Positions 35,496 through 49,200 of a DNA stretch of 64,000 nt are shown in pieces. Position 1 is the first letter of the stretch; each line of letters opens with the position of its first letter. The translations under genes and the position numbers were made by a program. The notes under the pieces are model-generated. The model was not told the DNA's origin. It saw only the letters and a list, made by a program, of their open reading frames with translations, and ran no database searches. Source of the stretch: Ramazzottius varieornatus (lineage: Eukaryota; Animalia; Tardigrada); NCBI GenBank assembly GCA_001949185.1, contig BDGG01000004.1, positions 4,497,777-4,561,776 on the forward strand, in the 5' to 3' direction.

Positions 35496-38400
35496 TTAGA
35501 TGCCCGTATCGGCATCCCCTGCCGGTGAATGCTCTTCCGAGTTGGGGATGGGCTGGTAACTGTTGACGGCTAGACCGTTGAGGTCACGGCTCTGCGTTTC
35601 TCGAAGCTCTTGAGGCGAACGATGGTCTCGGCGGAGGGACCTTCTGACGGAGCGCCGTCGCTCGATAGCTCCTTCGTAGTTGACTTCCAGGTGAGTGGAC
35701 ATGCGCCGGAAGGGGTCGAAGGGCGACATTGGCGATAGCGGAGACAAGGCTTGCTCACCAATCTCCTTGATCACTTCCTCGTCAATCTTGTCCAGGTCGG
35801 CTTTACAGAGATGATGGACGATGCCCGCTCCGAAGGCGTCACCCAGCACGTTGATACTTGTCCGAATGCGATCCCTGCAAAATGAAGCCACCACGTTAAC
35901 AATGTACCACCTGCCGATGCCCAAGTTAACTGGCGCACAAAAGCCTTACAGCATCCAGTCGACGGCAACAATGTAAGTGACATCACTCGTGGGAAGTCCC
36001 AAGCTGGTCAGGACCTGGAAAAACAGCCCAAATGCTCAGAAATGCGGAGCTAGCATAGAAATAAGATAGAAAGAAGAAGACAGTATACGTACCAAGAGCA
36101 TGGTCACCAAGCCGGCACTTGGAACGCTGGCTGCTCCCACTGACGCTGCCGTGGCCGTCAAGCTGATAACATGGTCAATAAAGATCAGATGGTGCTTAAC
36201 CAACGAAAAGTTCGGGGTATCAGATTACGTTATGTTAATCACCTGACAGTGATGATTTGGCCCCAAGTCAGTTCCATGCGGTTCAACTGCGCTGAAAACC
36301 AAAGAGACCTTTGAGACGGCTGCCGAATGATACACCGGCTGACAAGCAGGAGCTTTACCGATAAAGATGGCAGCGACGGCTTCGTACAGAGCCGTTCCGT
36401 CCATATTGATGGTGGCTCCAACTACGATGCAAGATTCATTAAAATGTTTGGACTGAGTGGTTCTTCAACTTCCGCCTGTAACCTACTTGGCAGAACAAAT
36501 CTCGTAACACGCTTGTCCACGTTGTTATTCTCCTCCAGACAGCGAAACGTCAGGGGCAACGTGGCCGCACTGTACGAAGGAAGATTACGATTAATAAAGA
36601 TGATCGAGAGGCGCAGTAGACTGATCATTTTACGCAGGACGATCCGCTGATTAGCGCGGCAAATGCCTGTTCCAGCTTGAAACACCCCAAGGCTTGCTCA
36701 AAACATAACACCCGATGGCACCCCAGTACATGCTGAATCTCGAATCCAGCGTTTTCGGCGGGGCAACTTATACTATCATTTTTTGATGGTCTCGCTGAAC
36801 TTTACCTGGAAGCCGTCCCTAACGCCATGACCCACGCCTGCAGCATTCCGCGGAAGAATGTCCAAGGATTCTTGCGGGTGACGGCAAAGTAGATACCCGG
36901 CAGGACAATGATTGCGTGGAAAGCCAGTCCACAAAGAACAGTAACCTACAGCAATATTCCATCAAATTCTTCCAAGTATAACGTTGTGTCGTCTCAGCTC
37001 ACCATGTACATTCCCAGCATCCTGGCCGTATCAGCGATGTTTTCCACCTCTAAAATTTTGCCGGAGATCAAGCACGCGATGCCGATTGGGGAGTACCAGA
37101 TGATCAGCTTGACGAAACGCATGATGATCTCGTTGAGGACGAAGAAGAAGTTGGTCATAACTTGTCCTTCGGGTCCCATCGCTCCAAGAATGGTGCCAAA
37201 GCCAATACTGAATGTTATCAAGCCTGTCAGCAACGAGAAGAGGTTGTTCTTATTGTTGGCAGGATGTGTTATGATGCTAACTTACCGAGGACGTTCATGC
37301 CATCTTTCAGGATCAAAGATCGCACTCGAATGGTCGGCTCGGATCCATTTACCGACGCGTTGTAGGCTTTGTTGGGCACTATTTTGTAGATGGTCTCGTC
37401 GTTGCGGAAACATGCTTGGACAAGGTTGTCGGGAAACACGTTTCTGGAGAAAGGGACCTTACTCGGTAAGTGGAGGGAATTAGTAAGTTCGCAGTCAGTT
37501 CGAGCTAAGAAATACTGTAGTGCTGCCAAATTATCGCGCACTGAACCACGTGATGAGTCATCGCTGCCCGGTGTGATCAGATGTTATCAGTTTAGCCTCG
37601 CTGGCTCTCACCCGGGCATGATTTACTGCTCACGTAGTTGAGTGCGCGATAATTTGGTAGCACTACAGTATTATTTTTATTCTTGCACATAGGCCCGCAG
37701 TGACGTCACGATGCAGGTCGCTGACGTCCTGTGCTGCTTTACATAGTCAGCTTTGACAGCCCATGAGCCCAAATCTCTCAAGTAACACTGCCAGTTGTCG
37801 GTTGGTTGTTTGGCCAGTTATCGAACGTTCTTACGCTTATTTCTTTCTAACTCTGAGGTATGAAGTTTTGACTGTGTGAGTTCAGTAGCCGGAAGCAGGG
37901 AACGTTGTGCTCGTAATTGAAGGTTACCTGATCAAGTCGAGGATGGCATCCAGAGTGGAGACTTCCTTTTCTTCGCCCTTCTGGATGGCGGCATCGCGAG
38001 CCGTGTTAGCGCCTGGCCGGATGCTGACCACCATCACGATACCGATGATGGCGGCGATCATGGTGGTCGAGAAGTAATATAGTAAGGCCCACGAGCCCAT
38101 CTTACCACTTTCCTTTGCATCCAACTGAGCCAAGCCTGCATAAACATAATCAAATCAGACTTCGTGCGGCCATCAGTTTTGTCATCTAATTATGTCTCTT
38201 CTTATTCCTGTAGTTGGGCCTGTTGGTATTGGTTGCGAGTCGACCTTTGAAGCTGTACCTGAAATTAGACTGGAGACGATAAGTGGTAGGACCATCATTT
38301 TCAGCATGCGCATCAGTATTTCTCCGGGATATTGTATCAAATGTTTTTCCGTAGGACCCAAATTGGCGAAACGCAGGACTGAGCCCAGGGCGATCCCAAC

Positions 38401-38718
38401 TATTACTCCCAGAATCGTCAGGACCAACAAGAGATTGTCGGCGTTCATTTCTGGACGGCACTACGATCGATAAGCAGGTCAGTTCTAGACCTCTGATAAC
38501 CGAACACACAACCAGTTCCGTTTCTTCAAAATTGTCAACAAAATGGAGAAACAGGCAGTTTAGGGTAAAGAGATCAAGGGTAAGGAAGGACTTACTCGTT
38601 TTAGTCGTTCCTTGAGCGTCAGCGGACCCCCATCCGAATGCTGAACGGGTCGTGGAGGAACGACTAACCGGACAACTTCCGGCGCTTGGTTCTGGTTTTG
38701 TACGTGTTTGTTCACCAT
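35496..38718 (-). CDS. Excitatory amino acid (glutamate) transporter, SLC1/EAAT family
   Basis: [81 protein letters not shown] (Arg typical of acidic-substrate carriers); first exon MVNKHVQ... at 38718; ends DTGI*. Confidence 0.96.
37513..37670. mobile_element. ~155-bp MITE with ~40-bp TIRs flanked by TA, in an EAAT intron
   Basis: TA|CTGTAGTGCTGCCAAATTATCGCGCACTGAACCACGTGA ... TCACGTAGTTGAGTGCGCGATAATTTGGTAGCACTACAG|TA (3 mismatches). Confidence 0.85.
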
Positions 38719-41700
38719 TCTTCGCGGCGCGTCTAGATTTTTATAGGGTGATCGAATTTCCGAGAAGCGTCGGCCAGTCGACTAACTACGCCTTGATTCC
38801 TGTAAATATGACAAACACCAAACATATTGCAGAACTTTAAATCTCCCTCAACCTACATACGCATCTTCCATCCATCTAGACGTGCATATTTTGGTGAACT
38901 AAAGGTAAAAGTCATGTGTTGTTGGTGGAAGGGAAGGGTGCATCACGAGGCTTTTACGAGAACAGGGGCTGGATCCACCTGAGGCTTAATCCATTCGCTA
39001 GCGTTAACCTTTCAGAATGAGACCTTTATTATGGTTTGACACATCCTTTGATGAAAGCTAGGGCTGAATATCAAAAGGAACATTTTCTGATTATCCCGAA
39101 CGGCTTTCAGTGTGCATACTACATGTTATGTTACATGTACAGTACAGATGGCGGTTCCTTATTGATTTCTTGTGGGCCGGTGTTTTTTAAATCTGTTTGA
39201 ACAGAAATATGACGGCCTCCAAAACGAAAACAAGAACAGTGTGTATGCAGGAATTTCTTGCTGGGTTGCGGGTTGCAGAAGACACCATTGAACGGTCATA
39301 TTACTTTATATTGAATTCTGGATGAACGATTCGGTCTCTTATATTGTTTGCACAAAGGAGACTCCTCATCTCCATTACGCTTCCGTGCAAATTTTGAGCC
39401 ATTGATGATAAATCAACCCCCATCGCGCTGTCAAAGCAGTTATGTTGAGCAAATATTGAGCCACCAGGAAGGAGTCAGAATTGAAATTCCCCTTTCGCGC
39501 CTCCTTCAAACTTCTATACTTCTTAGCGATTTTATTACGCTTAGTTTCTGGGTCTTGGCACCTCGGCATCTTCGATACAGAAGCTAGAACCCCACTGTAG
39601 GCCAGACCAAGTACGCAAAGTGAGCGATCGACTTTGGCACGGAAGTTGCTCACACGAGACACTGGCAGGTGCAATCGTGGGCAAAATAGCAGGCGGAAAA
39701 GGAAGGGGAAAGTCTAGGCACGCTATTAAATACTTTTCCATCGGTAGAACGAGCTCTCTCCCAGAAACAGTTCTAAATTTCCTGCGGGGATATTTTGAGA
39801 CGCCAAAAGAATAGAAAAGTTGTTCTACAACGCTGGGCGGTCTGAAAGGCCAATGTTGCCGCAGAAAACAGCATTGTCCGTCAAAAGCCGACGATCGACT
39901 TTCTATCAAGTGTCATTACTTCCCTGCAGATCAACAATGCCTGCCAATAAAAGGATGGATTCCTGCCTTTCAAGTTGAGCTGGCTTCCTTTCTTTTTCCT
40001 TCCTCTAGGCTCGGCAAAAAGTCTGTCTTGTAAAGTGTGGGTTTATGGGCGTTATGGGGTCTTTAGTGCGTTTTGCTGCACGCATGGCGCCATATCGATA
40101 GTGATAAGCTCCCCATCATGATGACAAAGCTTTCCCTTGAAAAACCCCAACTTTAATCATGGACTCCGGGATCGTAACAAAAAGGCCCTGGACTGGCTTC
40201 CTTTTGTGCTCGAAGAGCTATTCGCCATGTTTGGGGACTTTGGGTTTCCGTGTTATGGTCAACGGTGATTGATGAGGTCGGGCAAGATTTCGTACAGAAG
40301 AGACAGCTTTCTCACGCGAGAATTCAGGCTAAGTCGGTTAAGGCCCGTATTTATGGAGCTTAGTACTCTGCGGACACCCAAGACACCCAGAAAGATATGG
40401 CATTATAATCGGTGAGATGAAACGGGGGAAAATCACTGGGGAGCTCATTAAGCACCCGCTGGCTATCAACAAAGACGCCATGATACCTCATTTTTCACGG
40501 TTATCACGAGAGCCACAGCTTTTATGCTATTCCTTAGGGAACTTCGTAGGTTCGCGTCAGACATCAGGAATGGCGTGATATTACTTTGGTGTCGGGAATT
40601 TTCGAAACAGGTTGGCATGCTGGGTTGTGTGAGGCCAAAACTGCAAGCGGTCCTGCTCACGGACCTAGCAGGAGCTCTTTGTCGTCAGAGCTTACCCTGC
40701 CGTGTGCGACTCGCTTTCTGACAGAGAAATCATTTCTTGTCATGAGTTCAACAGCGCCATTTCCCGAATGGCTGGATCGCCAGTTCACGGCATTGCCGAG
40801 GCATACGAAGCATGAAATTCGTAAGGTCACCCCGAGGTCGTGGTCTTTCCGTATTTTATCCCGACCGGCCGGACACGGTGTAAACTGAGCAGGAACTGTG
40901 AGTCGATTCTCACGGACTCCGAAATTTAAATTTTTCAAATTTGTTTGAATGTACTAGGCTCGAAGGATTTGACTAACTCTGCCTTATATTCTTCGAAGGT
41001 ATAGTGTACCTGATGCGTCTGGAAACAACAAGCATCAATATCCATAGAAGACATGATGGAATCCACGAGGAACCTCAAGGCAACAGTAGGCTAGGGAAGT
41101 ACAACGTCCATGATGAATCGCCCGTGCAACGCAATAGGTTTTTATGCCAAAATCACGTAGAGTATCAAGTGTGTCCAGGGATGACGAGAGCGATGTAAGC
41201 GCAACTTGCTGAGGAAATGGCCAAGTTACCGTTGGTGGAAACTGCTGGTTAGGTAGACGTTTGTGGCGGTAAACGGAGACCGGTGAGCACAAAGTGGAGT
41301 GGTGGGGGGAGACGATGTGGTTGTCGTTTCCGACTGCCGCGTGTAGACCCAGCTCCCTTCTGGATCTTCCTTTCGTGTCGAGCTGACAGTGGTAGTGGCG
41401 ATACAGCGCGGACGGGGACGGGTACGGGCTGGTCTGCTGGGGGCGAGCTAAGCTTTTAGCTTTGGCGGGTCTTTGTAAAGAACACTCTGTTCATGCAGGT
41501 CTTACTAAGTCTTGTCGAATTGCTCATATCAAAGCGCTTCTCTTCAAAAGCCAAAAGCAGCCTATTCTTTGCATGGGTAAATCAATAACATGCTGATCGC
41601 TGGAAGATCATCCCCCTCCATTCTGTGCCATAGAAAGGAAGCTTCCCTTATCACGGAGCATAATGCATTAGCCGCCATAATCGTTCGACCTCCCTTTAGC

Positions 41701-42789
41701 CAGAAAGCACCATCTCTCATGCCCGTTTCTCGTTTACGGATACAATCATGTGAAGAACCCCAAAGTGTACAATAACCCTCGTACTCTGCAACACCAATGC
41801 ATATTCAGGCTATACCTGTACAGGAGCCTTTCAATACTGTATGTGTCGATATTTTTCTCCAATGTGTTTTCGTGCGTCAGTTGGAACGATCGGCTGTTAA
41901 CGTGGCTTTGTAAGTCTCGCGCAGACTACATGAGTAGCCTTTCCTCCATGCTTTCGTCCATGCAGTCCACGATGTTCTGTATTCAAGACGAAGGACTGCG
42001 ACGCTAATTGAAAAACAATCGGAATGGCGAGTTCACAAAGGCGTACGTAGAATCAACGTTCAAGGATGGGGAGCTAGAGAAACGATGGTGGTGTACTCAA
42101 GTGCACTTGTGGTTGTGCAGTAATGCAGTTACAGTAAGTCAGTTATCCCTTGACACAAAGTGTCTATGGGTCGCCGCCTCGGCCCAAGTAAATAGATTAT
42201 GTTTTGTACACTCATTTTCTTTCTTAATTGACTTCGATATCGGATGGACGGACCGGGAACCACCAAGGAGACATCTCATCCCATCTTGTGGCCCTATTGC
42301 ATGCGCAAAGACGCTGCGAGCTCTAGAAACTTGACGCTAGGAAGCAGGAATCTTCTGATTCCAACCGAAGCCCCTCAGTTTGCCCTGATAGCAAACAGAT
42401 TCGCGGTTCCAGTATAGTTCAGTCCCGCCAATTCTGAAAGAACGCGGTGCAAGCTATGGTGTCGATAATTTTGAGTTAGTCAGAAGGTAGTGCACGAAGT
42501 GCGAACTGCGAAGCATATTGCTAGTGCGCACCTCTGCGGTGCCACGGTCAGTTCTTGGATTTCCCCAGAAATTTTTCTAGCAGCAGTTTAAAGCCGCAGA
42601 GGTCATAAAGGTTAATTTGATACAGGGTTCTTCATAATGTGAATTACGCCACTTGGTTGCTGAGTCGGTCGTTTCTGGTTGGGAAATATTCAGAATTAGT
42701 TTGTAGATATCGAGTTATCTGTCAGTTGTTTTCTCTCAGTTGTTTTCTCTGTTATCTTACTTTATCTAACGCAAGATTTCGTCGTAGCA

Positions 42790-44211
42790 ATGGAGACCAG
42801 CAACCGAAGCAACATTCCCACGTTCGGTCCTTCCACTAACGGATCGCGAGTTCCCCATATTAACCCCGGAGCACCCAGCCGACGCAGCTCGCGAGCCGCT
42901 CAACGCAGTCGCTCGCCCTCCCTCAGCCGGATCGGCTCAGTGAGTGTCAAAATTACAGTTTAGAAGATATTTTGAATTGGACCGGCAGTTTAGTGAACTG
43001 GATCGGTCTTCGCTTCTACGGAACGATCGCAAGGTTCAAACGTGATGGCGGAAGACCGCGTAGCACCGTGCCCGAACTCCTGGTTGCAAATAACTTATCT
43101 ATTGATACTGTATATGCTCGTCGAGCGCACCATGAAACGTCGCAACATAGATTATATCGAAATGAAGTTATACATTGCCGTCGATTCTGCGATAATATTC
43201 GGCAGATTTCTTACTTGAAAAGCTCAGTTATACAAGCAAATACTAGCTTGAAGGAGTTCGACTTTATGTGGGCTCCGAGTTGCGCGGCCTGCGCCAACAG
43301 AGGACGCGAGGTGCTTCGGCATTGCTTTCTCGAAATTTCGAAAGCTGAGTTTGGCAGATACTGTGTTTCTGTTTTAGCGGCCTTCCAATCGAGCTCTATC
43401 GCAATTATAGAGTTTACAGTACACGCACGAAGGGAAAGTTTGAAACAGTGAAAAGTGTGGAACAGGGGATTCCGAAACAGCGAAACGGAAGTTCCTCCGT
43501 ACCTGTACAATTCACACCAATGCACTTTTTGACAATGTTATACGGTTGAATTCTAAATTTGTCGTCTTTTCCCCCTGTTCCAAACTTTTACTGTTCCAGA
43601 CTTGCCCTTCGAGCGTATGCGACTATAGGTGGCTGCGGCTTTCGTTCCGTGTTAGACGTAACACCTTACCAAAAATTTTGATTGCAGCGCAGCCGGAGAC
43701 AACCTACGCCTAGCAAGAACGAGAAAAAGCAGGACAACAGCAATGAAAACCAAGGAAAACAGGTAAGCAATAGCTACACACCTTATTCCCGGCAGCGCAG
43801 GAGATTTCTTTGTCGGCGGCGATCCTATTGGACTGTGATGGCTGTAGGGGACCACGTCGCGGATGGAGGGTGGAGACCACTTCTTTGTGGCGCCATCTGC
43901 CACTGTACCCGCCGCCAGTGATAGCAAGAACCCGGGATCCAAGTCCAAGAGCCCGAATAAGAAGCCACCATCCAAGCCTTCATCGCCCAAGGTTTGTCAT
44001 GGATTTGCCGTGTCCTGTTGAAGCTTGATCGGTTGCTACGATAGGAGCAGTCATGAAAGCCTCGAACCGAGCCATGAATTCATATGGATTTTTCTTTTAG
44101 AAGCGAAAGGCCACAGCGAAGCCCAAAAAAGTCATCGCCAAAAAGCTTCCTCGGCGCAGTAATTTTCCCTCCGGTGCAGCTAAGAAGTTCCAGAAGAAAC
44201 GAAAGAACTAG
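42790..44211 (+). CDS. Small basic intrinsically disordered Ser/Arg/Lys-rich protein (159 aa; exons 42790-42939, 43688-43762, 43848-43991, 44101-44211)
   Basis: Four exons, all phase 0 with GT-AG sites, give METSNRSNIPTF...PSRRSSRAAQRSRSPS...SKSKSPNKKPPSKPSSPKKRKATAKPKKVIAKKLPRRSNFPSGAAKKFQKKRKN*. Confidence 0.75.
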
Positions 44212-45486
44212 TAGATTACCTGCTTGCATGGGATAGTTGTATTGTTGTGTTTGTTTTACATCCGGTTATCCAGAAAGGCGGAACTGGGGATGCTCACGCT
44301 TCCTACCTGCTGACCATCAGAACCATGCGAACCATCAGCCTTGTTGAAAAATAATGAGAAGCACCTCTGTAGGGAACACTTCGGGTGTGATGGGAGCTTG
44401 AGTGACTGAAGACTTGCGGCGATAACAACCTCCCCGATCTTTGATACATGCATGACAGTAGCCATGCTCGGGCTGGTTAGTCTTGCGCTGCCTCTAGCGC
44501 AGCCGGAAGTCGTACTGCGACGGAAATGGGTCGCTGGACCTGCGAATCGGATAGAGCAACGTGTGCGGCTCGACCATCTTTAGTTTCTCGCTTCTTAGTC
44601 TGATATCTTGACGATATACTGTGGCTGGGCATGATCCACGCCGCGAGAAGCTGCGAAAGCTCTACGTTTAGCTACCTGCCTTCCCAAGGCTCTGGCCGCT
44701 CTGTTGTAACGTAGAAATGTGCCGGTACACAGTCCACTTCCAGTTTTGATTCGCTGGATGGGGAAGCGACGTGGATGCTGCTGGCCAATTTTTGGCGCTC
44801 GCTATAGACTATAGCGACTACAGCCTATAGTCGCTATCTCGTTATCTCGACATCAGCAGCGCAAGCTAGTTGCATGAATGCATGTGCGTTCTCCGTCTGA
44901 CGGCCTGGCCATTTCCTATTTTACATTCCGTTGTCGAAGCTCTGCAAGCCATTGTGATATCCAAGCTCCTTCCACAGTCCGGACGTCCCCGTTAGTCATT
45001 ATCCTGGTTTCATTGTTAATTGCTCTACGTCTCAAGAATCAAGACAGTCTTTTGTTTTCAGGACAGTCGGACAGCGAATACGGTTCGATTTACTCTCTTC
45101 GAAGTTCCGTCTTCAGTCTACACGAAACCGTACGTATTCGATATTCCGTGGTGAAATCTCTTCAGCCAGAAATTGCAACCGCTAGAGGAGACGACCCAAA
45201 CCTAATGCTTATCTTGCTGGAGGCTCGCCGTTCGTTGATACTCGTTTGATACAAACGAGTGATACTTTAATACTAGTATTAGCAAAATCTCGATGACCAG
45301 TTGATCAATTGCTCAATGCATATTTAATACGTTGCAGTGAAACCGGAAGTCGTCAAGGTGCACCGCCAGATCATCACTTGAGAGCAGAAGCGCCGGAAGT
45401 TATTACGGGAATCCGATATAACAGTACGATGTCATCATATCAGGGGATGATACCGCTCTATTGATATTTATCTCGAGCCGAGAGGT

Positions 45487-45536
45487 NNNNNNNNNNNNNN
45501 NNNNNNNNNNNNNNNNNNNNNNNNNNNNNNNNNNNN
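45487..45536. other. Assembly gap (50 N)
   Basis: Run of N. Confidence 1.
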
Positions 45537-46268
45537 CTCTCGGCTCTCGCTCCGTACTGGAACCAGCACTCTTTTATTCAGCCACTTCGCCGTAAATCGC
45601 AGCATGAAAGGATAGAAGGTAGTATGTCATCATCAATTTTCAATTTTCTCTCGGTGCATCCAAAAGCAAGCAGTCAATTAAATACATACACCTTCCACAC
45701 AGCTTTCCGCAAAAACTAGACCATTTTTTTTTCGAGATTCTGAGATTGAAATATTGCTAATATGCACGAAAAATCTTGGCGGTGCTGGCTGGGCGATCTT
45801 CTAAAGGCTGAGTTGCTTTGGATCTTCCTTTTTCTGTCCCGCATTTCAAGTACTAGTCCGTCATTTCATTTATGACATGTCATATACATATAGATAAAGG
45901 AAAAGTCGAAACGTCAACACGGCGCAGATAGATTTATGGCAGCTGTTGCATTGCTATCACACATTCCCGCATGTTCGAATTATTCGATCTTGCTCTTTTT
46001 ACCTTCCTGTTTCATCCGCGGATGATTGCTGGGTGTGCAACTGTGCATTGCTTCGTCTGAGTTATGGACAAGAGTGCGCCAGTTGATGAGGCGGAAATTG
46101 CTCTGGTGGCTGTCGTTCTGGTAAACTCGACTCGCCTCACCTGTCCAAGAGTTGTTTGTGCTTGCATGCAGAGGACTTCCAGTCTTCCACTCATATCATT
46201 TTATAGATCGGATTACGCTTTACGATGAACTGTAGTTTTTGTTTGTTTACGGCGGCATTAATAACCAC

Positions 46269-49200
46269 ATGGGTACACTCTTGCAGAACACGAGCATGCC
46301 TGGTGTACGTCAACCAATCAACTCAAATAGCGATATGCTGGGGCGAGTAGGCGGACAGCCTACTCCGCAGGGATCGCCGATAGGCCTAACTCCGAACCAC
46401 ATGATGGCCTACAACGCTCATCTGCAACAGCATTACACTCCTCGTCTTGGACTTTTGCCGCCTGCTCAACTCAGCTCCGCTCCCTGTCCAAACTATCATC
46501 CCATGGCGCATCAGGAGCAAGGTTATGGGAATGGCATGCCAGGACACGACATGTATGCCTTCCAGCCACAATCGGGAGGACAGCTTAGCCCACAGTCGTC
46601 AAATGGAAGTTACGCTCCAGCTCAAAATGCTCATCAGGTAAGAGAACAATCCTCTGACGTTGTCTGTCAGTTGGATGACCGTTTGGTTTTTTCTCTATAG
46701 CAGGCTGCGCGAGTATCGAACGGCTTCAACGCTCCTACTGCCTCTTCGATGCAAGTACAGCAGCATCTGCAGCAACAGATACCAGGAGGACAACAACGGA
46801 TGACTCCCCTGCCAGCTGCAGCAGCCCCGAGCAGAACTACGCCTTCCATATCCAGCACTACAAGTAGCCCATCACCAGTCCCGCAGAGCATCAGTACCTG
46901 GAAGAAGGTGTACTTCTGTGGCGTCTGCCCTGACTCGGACAGTCCTTATCACTACGATGAGACGGACGATGAGCAACCACCTAGCCTGACCGTGTGCCGC
47001 AGTGAGCATTTGATGGACTCGGCGGTCTGCAAGGCGAACTTCCTGAAGCTTTTTGGCAGTGATTGGAAAAAGGCCAGCGGAAGCGAGTGTCTGGAGAGGG
47101 AAGTCATCGAGGAGGCGGTGTGGTGTGTGCTGTGCCAGGTGATGATTCGGGGCAAAGACAAGTGGCGGAGACTTCATCTTATGTCAGCGGAGCACCAAAA
47201 TAAGCTGGCCTCAAATGCTCCCCCCATCCTCGCGCAACAACTGCACCTGAACGACCTACAGCAGCAACATCAACAGCAGAATCTGGCTATGCTGCAGCAG
47301 CAGCAGAGGATGGTCTTCCAGCAACAACCAGCGCAGCACTATCAGATGGCGCAGCATTTACAACAGCCTCAGGAAGTCTTCCAGCAGACTTTGCAGTCTT
47401 CCTACCAAGCTCCCAACATGATACATATCAGTCCTCCGCCAGCTTACCCCATTGGTTGGTTGGTTGGTTGGTTGGTTGGTCCTTCAGTACATTTAGTATG
47501 CCATCCATCAGTCTTTTCATGTTCTTACTCTGTAGGGAATGGGATGGCAGGGCAGATGGCAACAAGTCGCAGCACGCATTGTCGATCCAATCGAAGCTCA
47601 ACCAAAGCGTCACCGGCCACCAACGATCAGAAGAACCGTGAACAAAGGATCCTCACCCTGCTCGGTCAACATGCAGGACGGGCACTGCAGAAACAAGTTA
47701 GTGTCTGACGACGACTAATTGCAAAATTCACAGGGAAAGAATGTACCAGCTAGTGGAAACTGGGCAAATGCTAGGCTGATCGTTTTCGCAAGTGGCGCAC
47801 TTTCTCGACCAATACAACGAGGACTTGCGCCACTCGAAATGACAATCTAGTTCAGTTCAGCCGAAGCCAGAATGACTGAGTGAAATTAGGTTCTATCAGC
47901 TCTTGTATATTGAAAATTTGTCCTTCGGAAGTACAGTAGGATTTGAAAGACTAACAGTGAACTGGTTCAACAGTGGAGTGAGCAAAGATGGAAAATTCGT
48001 GGACGGCGAGCGAGGCAAACAGACTCGGCCAGATCGTTTTCTAAGCGGCGCACGCTTCCAGACAAAATCATCGGCAACGTGTGCCACTTGGGAGAACGAT
48101 CTGGACGAGTCTGTTTGCCCAGCTCTCAACTGACGTCCTGAATCTGACGGGATGTTAATTTTAGGGTGGTCAAGAAGAGGGAATGTTGCCGCTAGGTGGA
48201 GCCTTCCACGAATCGGTGGAGGCACGTCCTTCAGCGGCGTCCAGTGTGTCGGTGGGTAGTACTCCGCGCGGCTGTGTCAGCTTCGATGACATTAGCCCAC
48301 ACAATTCGCCAACTGCGCAGCCTAGTCTGCCACCTCCTGTGACCATCACCCCTCAGTCCACTACTCCCGCTGTAGCCAGCATGGACAATCGGCCAAGGTA
48401 CCAGAGTCCCATGGATATGGCAGCAGAAGTGATGAACGATCCTGGCAGCTTTCCCGACGGTTTGGACCTTCCCTCGGCCTCTTCCCAAGGTAGCCTCTCC
48501 AGTGAGCCAATCCACATTCTCTCGCCGTAAGTGTTTGTCTAATAGTAAGGCTGATAGTAGGTAACAGAGACATTATCATGTGTATAACTATTTCGTTGTG
48601 GTTTTCAGAACTGTGAATGTTCCAGCAAAGGCAGATCCAGTGGCTACTGCCGCTACTCCAGTATCGCCGTAAGTAGTAATGTTCCCAGCTGACCATAATA
48701 TAGGCTTAGTGTTCCTTTCCCTCGTTATAGAACGGTGGAAGTTGCGCCAAGCGCGGCCCCCGTGGTTATTCCTGCCGCGGCTCAGACATCGTAAGAACAG
48801 ATCAGCCTGACGATTATTTCGTTGCTTTCTTTGATGAATTATTATACTGTATTGCGTACAGAAATCTTCTGGCGACAGTGATAGTCGCGCCGAAGAAGGT
48901 CGGTACAGTCCGCTCTATTCCAGCACAAGCGGAAGCTGAAGGACCAACTGAGTCAGTCAAGAAGGACATCTCTCCGTAAGTGTGCCTTCTCTCCGGTCAC
49001 GTCCTCTTTCTTTCAGTTCACACAGTTGCAAATGAACTACGGTACGTAGTCGAGAATCGGTACTGACCAGACCGTTTCCCCTCTTCTTCGACAGGCCGGC
49101 CAAGGAAGAGAAGGCACTAGCAAGTGGTTCGCAGTCCATGTTAGACCTGGATGGTGCCGACGCCGAAGAAGAAGCCAAGCTTGCCGCTGTTGTGGCCATC

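Noticed and set aside
38800-42700. Scattered 60-120 aa ORFs upstream of EAAT
   Set aside because: No coherent exon chain or domain; treated as intergenic/regulatory.
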